A DNA stretch of 64,000 bases from Candidatus Bipolaricaulia bacterium (GCA_042219045.1 JBDGQO010000003.1:114501-178500); one strand, 5' to 3'; positions 32,251 through 45,030 are shown, counted from the stretch's first letter. Numbers and translations are program-made. The notes: generated from the letters alone by a model not told the origin.

Positions 32251-32290
32251 TGCGCATCACCTCGGCATTTGTATTGATTGGAACGACAGC

Positions 32291-32319
32291 ATGTTAGCCC
32301 AAGCCACAAAAAGTGTCAA
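32291..32319 (-). promoter_or_regulatory. Sigma70-type promoter of rpsT
   Basis: TTGACA-17bp-TAACAT on the minus strand. Confidence 0.75.
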
Positions 32320-32402
32320 CCCCGAAGGGATGGCGCACTTGCGCGATCATCCCTGCTCTGATAGGCTAGACGGATTGCCACCTCGGCAGGAGGGATGATC
32401 GC

Positions 32403-33572
32403 ATGAGCTGCGGCGTCCAGCATGCCCCCGAGTCAACCGACCATGAAGCGGACCTCGACGTCCAGAGCGTCGTCGACCGAGCCGTTCGCGCGTACGAAGC
32501 CGGGGCCGATCGGACGATCCAGTTTCCGGAGTTGCGCGAGCTCTACGGCAACACCGAGCTGATCGCCACGTTCTCCCACCTCAACCCGAATCTCGCCGTC
32601 GATGAGGTCTATGGCAACTACGTGCTCGGCCACGTCGTTCGACGGTTGGGATTGACGAGCGAGCAGGTCATCAACGCGGCCTACGACAACATCCATGCGG
32701 GCCACGACGCCCCGAAGGGGCATCGCATCCAGTATGTCATCGTCAACGTCGACGTGCTCGACCCGGAGGAGGTCATCCATCTCCAGGACGGCTTCTTTTA
32801 CGATCCCGATGCCGTCTACAAGGACGGCCAGAACCGCATCAAAAGCGTCCCCGAACAGAACATCGAGGCGTTCCGGCAACGCTACGACGCGATCGACGAG
32901 ATCCTACAACGCCACAGCGGCGAGGGCGACACCGCCGAGCGCATTGCGGGCGTCCGTCGCGACTTTCTTGGATTGCTCGAGTTCGACGCCGTCCCGGAAC
33001 GGCCGTTCTCGCTATCCTTAACGCCGATCCTGGCCGACGTGTTAGAAGCCCTTTCCGAGATGGGCTATCCCTTCTGGGAGATGCCGGTGCCGAGCGGGCG
33101 CGACCGCTACGTGGAGAACACCTTCCTCGTTGAGGGCGTCGACGCTCACGGCGAACGTCGATCGGCGCGCCTGGATGGAGACGCTTTCGTCTACCGCGAC
33201 GGCCAGGACGAGCGGCACGTCCACACGGACGACGTTTTCGACGCTCTCAGGAACTTCCAGGTCGTCCCGACGATGCCGCTCGTCATCCTCGCCACGGTGA
33301 CCGCGCCCCAGATGCCCCATCTGGGCGGTCGCGACTGGATTGAATACGCCCCGCCGCATGTCGATGCCCAAGCGGAATGGCTCGGGATCGACGAGACAAG
33401 CGAGACGCTGATCTTGACCACCGAGGGGCATCGCCCCTTAGTGACGTTCCGCTACAACCAGGAGTTCACCGGCTTCCCAGCGGTCTATCTGACCTACGGC
33501 CCGGAGATGATCCGGCGTGCCCTGGAAGAGGGATTCCAGGAGCGCGTGGAGTTCAAGCGCACCGTGTACTGA
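32403..33572 (+). CDS. Hypothetical acidic protein (389 aa)
   Basis: Long ORF with genome-typical codon usage and AGGAGG SD; no confidently recognised family. Confidence 0.8.
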   Translation: MSCGVQHAPESTDHEADLDVQSVVDRAVRAYEAGADRTIQFPELRELYGNTELIATFSHLNPNLAVDEVYGNYVLGHVVRRLGLTSEQVINAAYDNIHAGHDAPKGHRIQYVIVNVDVLDPEEVIHLQDGFFYDPDAVYKDGQNRIKSVPEQNIEAFRQRYDAIDEILQRHSGEGDTAERIAGVRRDFLGLLEFDAVPERPFSLSLTPILADVLEALSEMGYPFWEMPVPSGRDRYVENTFLVEGVDAHGERRSARLDGDAFVYRDGQDERHVHTDDVFDALRNFQVVPTMPLVILATVTAPQMPHLGGRDWIEYAPPHVDAQAEWLGIDETSETLILTTEGHRPLVTFRYNQEFTGFPAVYLTYGPEMIRRALEEGFQERVEFKRTVY

Positions 33573-33659
33573 CCCTCGACCGAGCCACGGCCTCCGACGG
33601 GCAACGCTCCACGGCAAGCTGGGCGGATGTTGCGGAGCCGGCCGTGGATCCCGGGATTG

Positions 33660-34646
33660 CTACGTCGTTTGCCGCTCGATTTCGAAGCCCCGCTCACGGG
33701 CCAGCTCGATCAGCCGCTGGGGCAGCGTGAACGGACCGACGTTCTCGTCAACCGCACGGAGCTCTTGCACGTCGCGGGCACCGAGCTCCTTGAGCCGATC
33801 CAACACGGACTGGACCAAGCGCTCGGGAGCCGAGGCGCCCGACGTGACGCCGACGGTCTCCACGCCCTCCAGCCAATCGGGGTCAATTTCGGAGGCCCAG
33901 TCGATGCGTTGCGCCGGCGCGCCGTACTGCTCGGCCACCTCGCGCAGCCGGTTCGTGTTCGAGCTTTCCGAGGAGCCGACAACCAGGACAAAGTCCGACG
34001 CCTCGGCGAGGTCCTTGACGGCGGCCTGTCGGTTGTCGGTCGCGTAGCAGATCGTGGAGTTCTTCGTCGGCGGCTCCTTCAGCTGGGGGAAGCGACGCTT
34101 GAGCACGTCGCGGACGTTGCGGACGTCGTCGACCGACAGCGTCGTTTGCGTCACGCAGGCCACATGGTCCGGATCGTCGACGCGGAGCGCTTCCGCCTCC
34201 TCGACGGTCTCGATGAGATGGGCATCGCCGTGGTCGATGTTTCCCAGGATGCCGCGAGGTTCCGGGTGATCATGGTGGCCGAGGACGATCACCGTGTAGC
34301 CCTTCTTCGCGAATCGCCCCGCCCAATTGTGGACGTTCGTCACGAGCTTGCACGTGGCGTCGATGACGTCGATGTTGCGTTCATGGGCCTTGTCGTAGTC
34401 CGACGGCGGCGAACCGTGTGCGGAAAAGACGGCCACACTGCCTTCCGGGATCTCCTCGATCTCCTCCACGAAGATCACGCCGCGCTGCTCAAAGTGCTCG
34501 ATCACGGAGCGATTGTGGACGATGGCGTGTTTCACGTACAGCGGCGTCCCGCAGAGATCGAGCGCGTGATCAACGATTTCGATCGCGTTCTCCACGCCTC
34601 GACAGAAGCCGCGCGGCCGAGCAGTCAGCACCTGAAAGTCAGTCAT
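33660..34646 (-). CDS. ispH: 4-hydroxy-3-methylbut-2-enyl diphosphate reductase
   Basis: GFCRGV, IVHN, SAHG, DATC, QTTLS, ICYAT.NRQ, SSN, SGASAP. Confidence 0.97.
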   Translation of the reverse strand: MTDFQVLTARPRGFCRGVENAIEIVDHALDLCGTPLYVKHAIVHNRSVIEHFEQRGVIFVEEIEEIPEGSVAVFSAHGSPPSDYDKAHERNIDVIDATCKLVTNVHNWAGRFAKKGYTVIVLGHHDHPEPRGILGNIDHGDAHLIETVEEAEALRVDDPDHVACVTQTTLSVDDVRNVRDVLKRRFPQLKEPPTKNSTICYATDNRQAAVKDLAEASDFVLVVGSSESSNTNRLREVAEQYGAPAQRIDWASEIDPDWLEGVETVGVTSGASAPERLVQSVLDRLKELGARDVQELRAVDENVGPFTLPQRLIELARERGFEIERQTT

Positions 34647-34702
34647 AGGGACAAGCCTATCAAACTCGGACCATTTAAGTCCATGATCCAGGTCAAGGTT
34701 CG

Positions 34703-35647
34703 TTAGAGCTCGACTTTGTCGACGGTGTCACGCACCAACTCGGCAGCGTTGTCCAACTGCGAGCGCTCGTCGTCGCTCAGTTCCAACTCGATGATCTGCT
34801 CGGCGCCGTTCTCGCCCAATACCACGGGCACGCCCAGGAACAGATCGCTGATGCCGTACTCGCCCGTCAGATACGCCGCACTGGGGATGATTCGCTTCTC
34901 GTCCTTCAGGATCGACTCGACCATGGCCGCGGCGCCGGCCGAGGGCGCATAGTAAGCGCTGCCCTCGCCCAGCAGGCCGACGATCTCCGTGCCGCCCTTG
35001 CGGGTGCGCTCGATCAGCCGATCGATCTGCTCCGGCGTGAGCAGTTGCGTAATCGGGATGCCGGCCACGCTCGCGCAGCTCACCAATGGAACCATGCCCT
35101 GATCGCTGTGGCCGCCGATGACGAGGGCATCGACGTCGCGCATCGACAGGCCCGTCTCCATGGCGATAAACGTGCGGAACCGCGTCGAGTCGAGCGCGCC
35201 CGACTGGCCGATGACGCGCTCCTTCGGAAACCCGCTCAGCTCGTGGGCCGCGTGGACGATGGCGTCCAGGGGATTCGTCACGACGACGAGGATCGAATCG
35301 GGCGAATAGTGGACGACCTGTTCGGTGACGGACTGAATGATGGCGGTGTTCTTGCTGATGAGGTCCTCCCGGGTCATGCCCGGCTGCCGCGGCAGGCCCG
35401 CGGTGATGACGACGACGTCGGATTCGGCGGTGTCGGCGTAGTCGCTAGTGCCCGTCAGTCGGGCGTCGAAGCCGACCAACGGCGCGGCTTCGGTCATGTC
35501 CAGGGCCCTGCCCTTGGTCGGGTCCTCTTTCTCCGGGATGTCGACCATGACGACGTCGGCCAAGTTGGCCTCTGCAATGCGCTGGGCGGTCGTCGCGCCG
35601 ACGAACCCCGCGCCGACAACGGTCACTTTACGTCGCACTCGAGTCAC
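34703..35647 (-). CDS. mdh: Malate dehydrogenase (LDH-like)
   Basis: VGAGFVG, TAGLPRQPGMTREDL, TNPLD, GSAYYAP; GTG start uncertain (35647 or 35638). Confidence 0.94.
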   Translation of the reverse strand: MTRVRRKVTVVGAGFVGATTAQRIAEANLADVVMVDIPEKEDPTKGRALDMTEAAPLVGFDARLTGTSDYADTAESDVVVITAGLPRQPGMTREDLISKNTAIIQSVTEQVVHYSPDSILVVVTNPLDAIVHAAHELSGFPKERVIGQSGALDSTRFRTFIAMETGLSMRDVDALVIGGHSDQGMVPLVSCASVAGIPITQLLTPEQIDRLIERTRKGGTEIVGLLGEGSAYYAPSAGAAAMVESILKDEKRIIPSAAYLTGEYGISDLFLGVPVVLGENGAEQIIELELSDDERSQLDNAAELVRDTVDKVEL

Positions 35648-35775
35648 GCTCCTCCAGGTTTCAGGGGTGAAGTTGACACATACGCTCACAATGTGCGCAT
35701 TTAGCGTAATGGACGACGCTGTCGCCCTGCAACCGCTTGCAGCAAGACCTCGAGTCCGCTACACATGCTGGGGCC

Positions 35776-36531
35776 ATGGCCCCCACCAATAGCCAAACCG
35801 AGCGCATGCTGGAATCGTTCAGCGACACCCTGAATGAGCAGCTGGACGAGGAAATGGCCGCGTTGGTGCTGTTCGGCAGCGCCACCGGAGCGCACTACAC
35901 CGAAGGCTTCTCCGACGTCAACGTGCTGATCGTTTTAGATCCGCCTTCGACGAACGCGTTGTTGACGATCCGCTCGGCGCTCGATGACCACCATTCGGCC
36001 CCCATTGATCCGCTGATCGTCGCGCGGGATGAACTGGCCCAATTGCCCGAAGCGTTCCCCATCGAGACGGCCGACCTGTCGGCAGCCCGACGTGTGCTGA
36101 GCGGGGACGATCCGATTCGAGACCTGCATGTCCGCTCAGATGCCGTTTGTCGCCAACTGACCATGGAACTGCTCGGCAAGACGATGCGGCTGCGCTCGAT
36201 CTACGCACAGGCCCGCAAGCAAAGCGATCAGCAGCTCCGCACGATGCTGAGCCAGGCCGTCAGTCCCTTCAGCGCCCTCATGCGTGCGCTGCTGTACGTG
36301 GGCGACGCGCACTTTGCCGAGTTCGCACCGCCCCGGGAGTTCCTCGAAGTCGTGGCCCAGCTCGAAGACGGTTTCGGCGTGGAGCTGGAAGGGTTCCGGC
36401 AAGCCGCGCTCATCCGAGCGGGCACCGAGACCCCCGATGGGACCGAGCTGACCGAGATTTTTGCCACCGTACTCGCGGATGCGCAACGCCTGCAGAGCAT
36501 CGTCAAGAAGCTCCGGCCGGAGGCGTCATGA
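35776..36531 (+). CDS. Nucleotidyltransferase-domain protein
   Basis: LFGSA-x8-SDVNVLIV minimal NTase motif followed by a helical domain. Confidence 0.75.
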   Translation: MAPTNSQTERMLESFSDTLNEQLDEEMAALVLFGSATGAHYTEGFSDVNVLIVLDPPSTNALLTIRSALDDHHSAPIDPLIVARDELAQLPEAFPIETADLSAARRVLSGDDPIRDLHVRSDAVCRQLTMELLGKTMRLRSIYAQARKQSDQQLRTMLSQAVSPFSALMRALLYVGDAHFAEFAPPREFLEVVAQLEDGFGVELEGFRQAALIRAGTETPDGTELTEIFATVLADAQRLQSIVKKLRPEAS

Positions 36532-36749
36532 TCGGCCTGCTGATCTCGGCCCTGCTGGTTGCCCTCGTGGTCTTGATGTATCTCCGACGGCCGGGCGGTT
36601 CCGGGTTATTCGGCGGGCGATTGAACGCTCGGACGCGCAAGCGTTCGCGAAGCGCAGGAGGGAGCACGTCCACGAGCATCGGCGGGCCGTTCAGCGCGGC
36701 AGCGTTCGGCGGATTCGGCGGCGCTTGCCGTCGATCCCTTACGGATTAG
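36528..36749 (+). CDS. Small membrane protein with Gly-rich tail (resembles the C-terminus of TPM-domain proteins)
   Basis: ATGA overlap with upstream stop; N-terminal TM; FGGFGG tail. Confidence 0.5.
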   Translation: MIGLLISALLVALVVLMYLRRPGGSGLFGGRLNARTRKRSRSAGGSTSTSIGGPFSAAAFGGFGGACRRSLTD

Positions 36750-37198
36750 GCGCGATACTCCTTCATGACGCGATCCATCTCGCGCTCCTGCTCCTTGCGC
36801 TTGATCTTTTCGCGCTTGTCGTACTTGCGCAGGCCCTTGGCCACCGCCAACTCCACCTTGGCGTAGCCGCGCCGGAAGTAGACCTTGAGCGGAATGAGCG
36901 TGTAGCCTTTCTCCTGAGTTTTCCCCACGAGCCGGGCGATCTCTTTCTTGTGCAACAGCAGCTTGCGGGTGCGGCGGGGCTCGTGGTTGAAACGGTTCCC
37001 CTCGGTGTAGGGCGCGATGTGGACGTTGTGCAGGTAGACTTCCCCCTCGCGCACGGTGGCGAAGCCGTCCTTGAGCGAACACCGCCCCTGGCGCAGGCTT
37101 TTGACCTCGGTGCCGGTCAACACTAAGCCGGCTTCGTAGGTCTCTTCGATTTCAAAGTCGCGGCGCGCAGTTCGGTTGGTGGCAACGGGACGGCCCAT
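36746..37198 (-). CDS. smpB: SsrA-binding protein
   Basis: [31 protein letters not shown]. Confidence 0.97.
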   Translation of the reverse strand: MGRPVATNRTARRDFEIEETYEAGLVLTGTEVKSLRQGRCSLKDGFATVREGEVYLHNVHIAPYTEGNRFNHEPRRTRKLLLHKKEIARLVGKTQEKGYTLIPLKVYFRRGYAKVELAVAKGLRKYDKREKIKRKEQEREMDRVMKEYRA

Positions 37199-37263
37199 CG
37201 ACATCCACTCCAAGCACTGGCATCCGAATTCGGCGTTCGGCTAGGACCGGCGGAGGGCTCGGG

Positions 37264-37336
37264 TGGGCGGTGGAGGACTTGAACCTCCGACCTTCTGCAC
37301 GTCAAGCAGACGCTCTGCCAACTGAGCTAACCGCCC
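37264..37336 (-). tRNA. tRNA-Val(GAC)
   Basis: GGGCGGTTAGCTCAG...TCTGC-TTGACGT-GCAGA...GGTTCAAGTCC...CCGCCCA; CCA not encoded. Confidence 0.95.
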
Positions 37337-37343
37337 AAAGCCG

Positions 37344-37418
37344 TGGAGGCGGCGCCCGGAATCGAACCGGGGTATGGGGGCTTTGCAGGCCCCTGCCTTA
37401 CCACTTGGCGACGCCGCC
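37344..37418 (-). tRNA. tRNA-Cys(GCA)
   Basis: GGCGGCG...GGGGC-CTGCAAA-GCCCC...GGTTCGATTCC...CGCCGCC-TCCA; U73 discriminator, CCA encoded. Confidence 0.96.
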
Positions 37419-37430
37419 AGGTGCGGTTAA

Positions 37431-37459
37431 ATTATAGACCGCGCCCCGTGAACTGTCAA
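37431..37459 (-). promoter_or_regulatory. Consensus sigma70 promoter of tRNA-Cys/tRNA-Val/smpB
   Basis: Perfect TTGACA-17bp-TATAAT on the minus strand. Confidence 0.9.
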
Positions 37460-37541
37460 CGTTTGCGCGATCTATCCGATCTCTTGAATGGGATGGTACG
37501 ACTGGGCTACGCTTGACCTATCTTAAAGAGGTGATCGTCTC

Positions 37542-38945
37542 ATGCGACGACGATGGCTCGGAATCGGATTGCTCGGAATGCTGGGACTTGGCTTGTTGCT
37601 GGCCAACCCGGCCGGCGGCGCGCTCAACGAGGCCAACGCCGCGGCCCAAGACACGTCAAGCCCCGGCGACGTGACGCTCACGGTTTATCAGGACCAGAAC
37701 CTGGCGCTCATCGCAGACAGGCGCCAAATGACGCTGCGAAAGGGCCTACATAACTACGAAATGGGCGGCCTGAGTTCCAAGATTCTCTCGGATACCGTTG
37801 ACGTCAACTTGCCCGACGCATCGAAAGGGATCCAGCTCATTGAACAGCGGATGCGCCGCTCGGAGGTCTCGCCCGATCAACTGCTGCGGGACCATATCGG
37901 CGATCAGATCGCGGTCTCCACCACCGAAGGCTCTGACACGTATCGCGGGACGCTAATCAGTGCGGATAACGGCATTACCCTCAAGGATGACATGGGCCGT
38001 CTGCACGTCATCCGTAATGCATCCCGCATCACGTTTCCGGAAAGCTCGGCTGTGCAGCCGTCGAGCGAGGGCCCCAAGCTCCAGTTGCGGATGCAGAGCC
38101 CGTCATCGGGAAAAAAAGCCGTGCAACTCCGATATTTGAGCGAAGGGCTAAACTGGTCCCCCCACTACAGCGCTACGTTGAGCCAGGACCGCAGCCGCTT
38201 GACCATCAAGAGTTGGGTCTCGTTGGAGAACAACGCCGGGCTTGACCTGAACGACGTGACGCTGCGCCTGCTGGCCGGCGAGGTGAGTCGCGAGCAGACA
38301 GGCAAGGTCCGTGCCATGGCGGAAGACGCCGCCGCTGCGCAGGCCAGTGAGTCAAAGCCGTTTGAGGGGCAATCCGCGTTTGAGTATCAGCTCTACACGC
38401 TTGGCCGCCCCGCAGATCTTCCCGCTGGCCAGAGCGTGCGTCAGGCGTTTCTGCCGCCCTTGACGGTCGAACCCACGGTGGACTACATCTACGATGGCCA
38501 ACGCCAAGACGGCGTCCAGGTCTGGGTGGAGACCGCCAACGACAACGAGGCGGCCAAGGCGTTGCCGGCAGGCTCCGTGCGCATGTATCAGAAGCGTGAG
38601 GGCGACGCCATCTTCATCGGCAAGGACCGCATGTCCGCCACGCCCGTCGGCGAGAAGATTCGGCTCTACGCCGGCCAAGCGTTTGATCTCCGCGGGAAGC
38701 GGGTCCGAACAAACCGCGAGCAATTGGGCGAGCGCCAAGCCCGCGAGACTTACGAGATCACGCTGGCCAACCAGAAGGCCGAAGCGGTTGAAATCGAGGT
38801 TCGCGAGCACATGCGCGGCGACTGGACGATCACGCGCTCCTCGTTGCCGTTCGAGAAGTTGGACGCGCAGACGGCCACGTTCGACGTCACGGTCCCGGCC
38901 AAGGGCGAAACGACGTTGTCGTATACCGTCGAGTTCAGCTACTGA
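37542..38945 (+). CDS. DUF4139-domain exported protein
   Basis: Signal peptide; LTVY..NLALI.D.R, YL..GL.W...Y, LPAG.VR.Y, ITLANQK...IEVRE. Confidence 0.8.
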   Translation: MRRRWLGIGLLGMLGLGLLLANPAGGALNEANAAAQDTSSPGDVTLTVYQDQNLALIADRRQMTLRKGLHNYEMGGLSSKILSDTVDVNLPDASKGIQLIEQRMRRSEVSPDQLLRDHIGDQIAVSTTEGSDTYRGTLISADNGITLKDDMGRLHVIRNASRITFPESSAVQPSSEGPKLQLRMQSPSSGKKAVQLRYLSEGLNWSPHYSATLSQDRSRLTIKSWVSLENNAGLDLNDVTLRLLAGEVSREQTGKVRAMAEDAAAAQASESKPFEGQSAFEYQLYTLGRPADLPAGQSVRQAFLPPLTVEPTVDYIYDGQRQDGVQVWVETANDNEAAKALPAGSVRMYQKREGDAIFIGKDRMSATPVGEKIRLYAGQAFDLRGKRVRTNREQLGERQARETYEITLANQKAEAVEIEVREHMRGDWTITRSSLPFEKLDAQTATFDVTVPAKGETTLSYTVEFSY

Positions 38946-39081
38946 GGTCGCTCGATTCGCGGCCGATCCATCGCTCGTATCTGTCGGTATCGCCTCACAT
39001 GCGCCAGCATTCGTTGAGCGCCGTGATTCGGGCCGTCATCGCATCGTCGTCGTGGGCCGATCCCATAGAGGGTGAGTCTTC

Positions 39082-39375
39082 GTGTCGTTTGATCCATCGG
39101 ATCCGTACCACATCGACCTGGACAAGTACGTCAAAGCTGTCGAGCGTGCCCTGCCCCAGTTGCCCGTAGAAAACGGGAAGGTTCGCTTCGAGACGCTCTG
39201 GCTGGAAACGGCGCTGCCGGAGGACCTGTTGTTGGAGATCCTCGCCAACCGCGAGTTGGAGCTGCCGCCGAACGTGGAGCAGATCATCTCCCATCGCGGA
39301 ACCGTCCTGCATGAGCGAAGCGACAACGGCTCGGCGTCGTCCCTTGACGGTCCTGAGGAGAACGGGGTAGACTAA
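39082..39375 (+). CDS. Small hypothetical protein
   Basis: GTG start with GAGGG upstream; genome-typical codon usage. Confidence 0.65.
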   Translation: MSFDPSDPYHIDLDKYVKAVERALPQLPVENGKVRFETLWLETALPEDLLLEILANRELELPPNVEQIISHRGTVLHERSDNGSASSLDGPEENGVD

Positions 39376-39571
39376 CGCCGTCATGGCGAACGTGTGCCCG
39401 CGAGACGTTTCACCCCCCGATCGGCGCGAAGCTCTCGGGCCCCTGGCCCGTTGTCAGCCACTCCTTACGGACTTCCGTCGATAACGTTCGCCCACGGGCG
39501 ACCGTTGTGGAGCGGCGCCCGCCGACGCTCGCAAAACCCGATTCCCGGAGGACCCATCGAGGTGACGCACC

Positions 39572-42148
<2,577 letters not shown>

Positions 42149-42195
42149 TCGTCGAAGCCATCAGCATGCCTCCCGGCGCATGACGAGCGGGAGGA

Positions 42196-43851
42196 ATGTC
42201 AGTGGGTCGGCGGCGCCCGCTCGTCGGGCTCGCTGCTGCGTGGATACTGGGGGTGGCGCTCGGACACGCCGCTTCGCCCGCTCCCCCCATTCTCTTGGGA
42301 GCCGGAACCGTATGTGTCGCTGTGGGAGCGGCATGGTTACGTGCGCAGCGCGCCCATTGGCAGGCGGCAGTCCACGTTCTCGTCATTCTGCTTGGTGCTC
42401 TGGCCTACGACGCAGCCCGCCTTCCCACCGAGCGCCTCCATCCACGCCTCGACGACCTGGACCGCGTCCAGGGCGTCGTCGCCAACTTCCCCACGCAGAC
42501 GCGAGGGCGAACGGAATTCGTGCTCAACAGCGGACGACTGCCGGGCGGCGTCCTCGTCCGATATTGGCACCAAGGCGCCGACCACGTCGTTGATATCGAC
42601 TACGGCGACCGACTGACCGTCCATACGAGTGCCGAAGTGCCGCCGAGGTTGCCGGGGTTCGACTACCGGAGCTACCTCACAATGCAAAACGTTTGGGGCG
42701 TGGCCGGGGCTTGGAACGCCGGCCAGATTGAGGTCATAGACAGCAATAGCGGGCACCCGTTGCTGAGTTGGGCGTATCACGCGCGCCGCGATCTGTTCGC
42801 AACCATCGACGCCCACCTAGCCCCATCTCATGGAGCCTCATCCGCTCCGGCCAACCTGCTGAAGGGGCTCTTCTTCGGCGAGCGCACGTACATGAGCGAT
42901 CGGCTTGAGGGGACCTTCCGCGACGCCGGCGTCATGCACGTGCTTGCCGTGTCTGGGCTCCATCTGGCGATCCTGCTCAGCCTCGGCTGGCTCGCGCTGC
43001 GCCGCTTGGGCCGATCCATCACGCAGACGTATCTCATCCTGCTCCCGCTCGTGGTGCTCTACTTGGCGCTTGTCGGCTTCAAGCTGAGCCTGCTGCGCGC
43101 GTCGCTCATGTTGGCCTTTGTCGCCCTCGGCTGGGTCATCTCGGAGCGAGGCTGGATCCTGAAGCGCTGGGTCGACTCGCTCCAAGGGCTCAGCGCAGCC
43201 GCCCTCGTCATCCTGATCGCTCATCCGCCGACGCTGTTCAACGTCAGCTTCCAGCTCAGCTTTTCCGCAACAGCCGGGATCCTCATCGTCCTAAAGTCGA
43301 TACTCCCGACATTGTCGTCATGGCGGCAGTCCCTCAGGCACCGCTGGTCCGTCGAGGCAAGCTGGGTCCGACGATGGGCGTTTGCAGGCGGTGAGCGTCT
43401 GGCGATGTTGGGGCTTATCACCGTGGCAGCCCAAGTGGCCGTCGCTCCGGTCATCGCATGGCATTTTGACCGCCTCTACGTGGGCGCCTTCCTCGCCAAT
43501 CTCGCCATCGTGCCGCTTGTGACCATCACGCTCTGGATCGGCGTCGCCTTCCTCGCTCTAGCAATGCTTGGAATGAGCAGTGTGGCCGGTGTGATCAGTG
43601 CCGTGCTTGCCCTTTTATTGGGCCTACTGATCAACGTGGCCGCGGGCTTTGCGAGCTTGCCTTGGGCTTACGTCGTCGTGGATCCGATCACGCTGTGGGG
43701 CATCGTGGCGTTGGTCCCCATTTTCTTGACCCCATGGAGCCTGGAGTTCGTGCGCGGACGGCTTGGAAATGCTCGTCCGTTCCTCAACGTGGTTGCTCGT
43801 CGTCTGCGCCGCTTCCGAGCGACGATCATCACAGTTCGTCAACAGCCATGA
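42196..43851 (+). CDS. comEC: ComEC/Rec2 competence protein (no C-terminal MBL domain)
   Basis: GVMHVLAVSGLH, SLLRA, SFQLSFSAT, LANL; multiple TMs. Confidence 0.88.
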   Translation: MSVGRRRPLVGLAAAWILGVALGHAASPAPPILLGAGTVCVAVGAAWLRAQRAHWQAAVHVLVILLGALAYDAARLPTERLHPRLDDLDRVQGVVANFPTQTRGRTEFVLNSGRLPGGVLVRYWHQGADHVVDIDYGDRLTVHTSAEVPPRLPGFDYRSYLTMQNVWGVAGAWNAGQIEVIDSNSGHPLLSWAYHARRDLFATIDAHLAPSHGASSAPANLLKGLFFGERTYMSDRLEGTFRDAGVMHVLAVSGLHLAILLSLGWLALRRLGRSITQTYLILLPLVVLYLALVGFKLSLLRASLMLAFVALGWVISERGWILKRWVDSLQGLSAAALVILIAHPPTLFNVSFQLSFSATAGILIVLKSILPTLSSWRQSLRHRWSVEASWVRRWAFAGGERLAMLGLITVAAQVAVAPVIAWHFDRLYVGAFLANLAIVPLVTITLWIGVAFLALAMLGMSSVAGVISAVLALLLGLLINVAAGFASLPWAYVVVDPITLWGIVALVPIFLTPWSLEFVRGRLGNARPFLNVVARRLRRFRATIITVRQQP

Positions 43852-44370
43852 TTCAACGTTTACAGACCAGCACACAAGTCGATTCAACCGATGGTCGACA
43901 TGTTGATCCGCTGACAGCAACTGGTTTGACCGGATTTTCGCGGTGATCAGTAAGCCATCAAATCGCGTAATGAGCTCGTGGCGCCCTGCCTATGTCAATC
44001 ACCATTTGGCGCATATGAGATCATCTTCGCGCGGCCCTGGGCGGCGGCCCCCAATTTGATCCAGCAGCGCTCAAGACATGGGCTGAGCAAGTGCCAATAA
44101 ACTGAGCATCGGTCGATCGATTGACCTTCAAGCTCGACGCTACGGCCGTTAATGACACATTAGCAGACTACAATAAAGTATTAGCTTCTCTGAATCGCAA
44201 GAAGCACCCATGTTCTACTGAGCGGCCCGTAATGGCATTTTGCCGACTCCGCTCATGGTGAGGCCCGGATCCAGTTGGCGTCGACGTGACGGTGTCGTGA
44301 GCGGGAACACCCATGGCTGCGTTGCCATTCGACGTGACGGAACGGGGCTCGCGTTCGGGTGTGGTTCATT

Positions 44371-44399
44371 TTGACAACCGGAAGCATTAACGTTATGAT
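44371..44399 (+). promoter_or_regulatory. Sigma70-type promoter of the padR operon
   Basis: TTGACA-17bp-TATGAT. Confidence 0.8.
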
Positions 44400-44409
44400 C
44401 CCCCAATTG

Positions 44410-44423
44410 TATGCAGGTGCATA
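44410..44423. promoter_or_regulatory. Putative PadR operator
   Basis: Palindrome TATGCA-GG-TGCATA just downstream of the -10 box. Confidence 0.55.
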
Positions 44424-44446
44424 TATAAGCGCGGTGTCAGGCTTAA

Positions 44447-45028
44447 ATGTCCTTAAAGCACGCCCTATTGGGATTCCTTAGCTTCGGCCCGGCCACCGGG
44501 TACGACCTGAAAAACCGGATGGAGCAATCGGTGCAGTACTTCTGGCACGCGGACCTCAGCCAGATCTATCGCACGCTGGACGCCATGCGTGATGCGGGAT
44601 GGGTCGACAAGGCGATTGAGCACCAGGAGAGTCGACCGCCGCGCCATGTCTACTCGATTCAAGATGCCGGTCGAGAGGAATTGATCCGCTGGCTCCAAGA
44701 GCCGTTGGAGCAGTTGCCAACGGTCCATAACCCGTTTCTGCTCAAGGTGTTCTTTGGGGGAATGCTCGGGGCCGACACGGCGGTTGAACACTTGCGGCGT
44801 CACCGGGAGCTTCATCAGGGGCGATTGGCGTTCCTCTACGAGGTTGAGACGACGGTGCCCGAGCAACTTCGCGAGCTCGACTTGAGCGATCACATTCCCT
44901 ACATCCTGGCGACGTTGCGACTGGGGCGGAAGATGAGCGAGACCTACATTGAGTGGTGCGACGAGACGATCCAGGCGTTGCAGGAGGCCGAACGAAGCTG
45001 GCCCGTCCAAGAACAAGGAGAGCGCTAA
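44447..45028 (+). CDS. PadR-family transcriptional regulator with Vir_act_alpha_C domain
   Basis: LKHALLGFL, TGYDL, FW....SQIY..L, FLLKVFF. Confidence 0.93.
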   Translation: MSLKHALLGFLSFGPATGYDLKNRMEQSVQYFWHADLSQIYRTLDAMRDAGWVDKAIEHQESRPPRHVYSIQDAGREELIRWLQEPLEQLPTVHNPFLLKVFFGGMLGADTAVEHLRRHRELHQGRLAFLYEVETTVPEQLRELDLSDHIPYILATLRLGRKMSETYIEWCDETIQALQEAERSWPVQEQGER

Positions 45029-45030
45029 TT

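Noticed and set aside
39376..39571. T-box riboswitch upstream of leuS
   Set aside because: No T-box UGGNACC antiterminator motif or terminator visible
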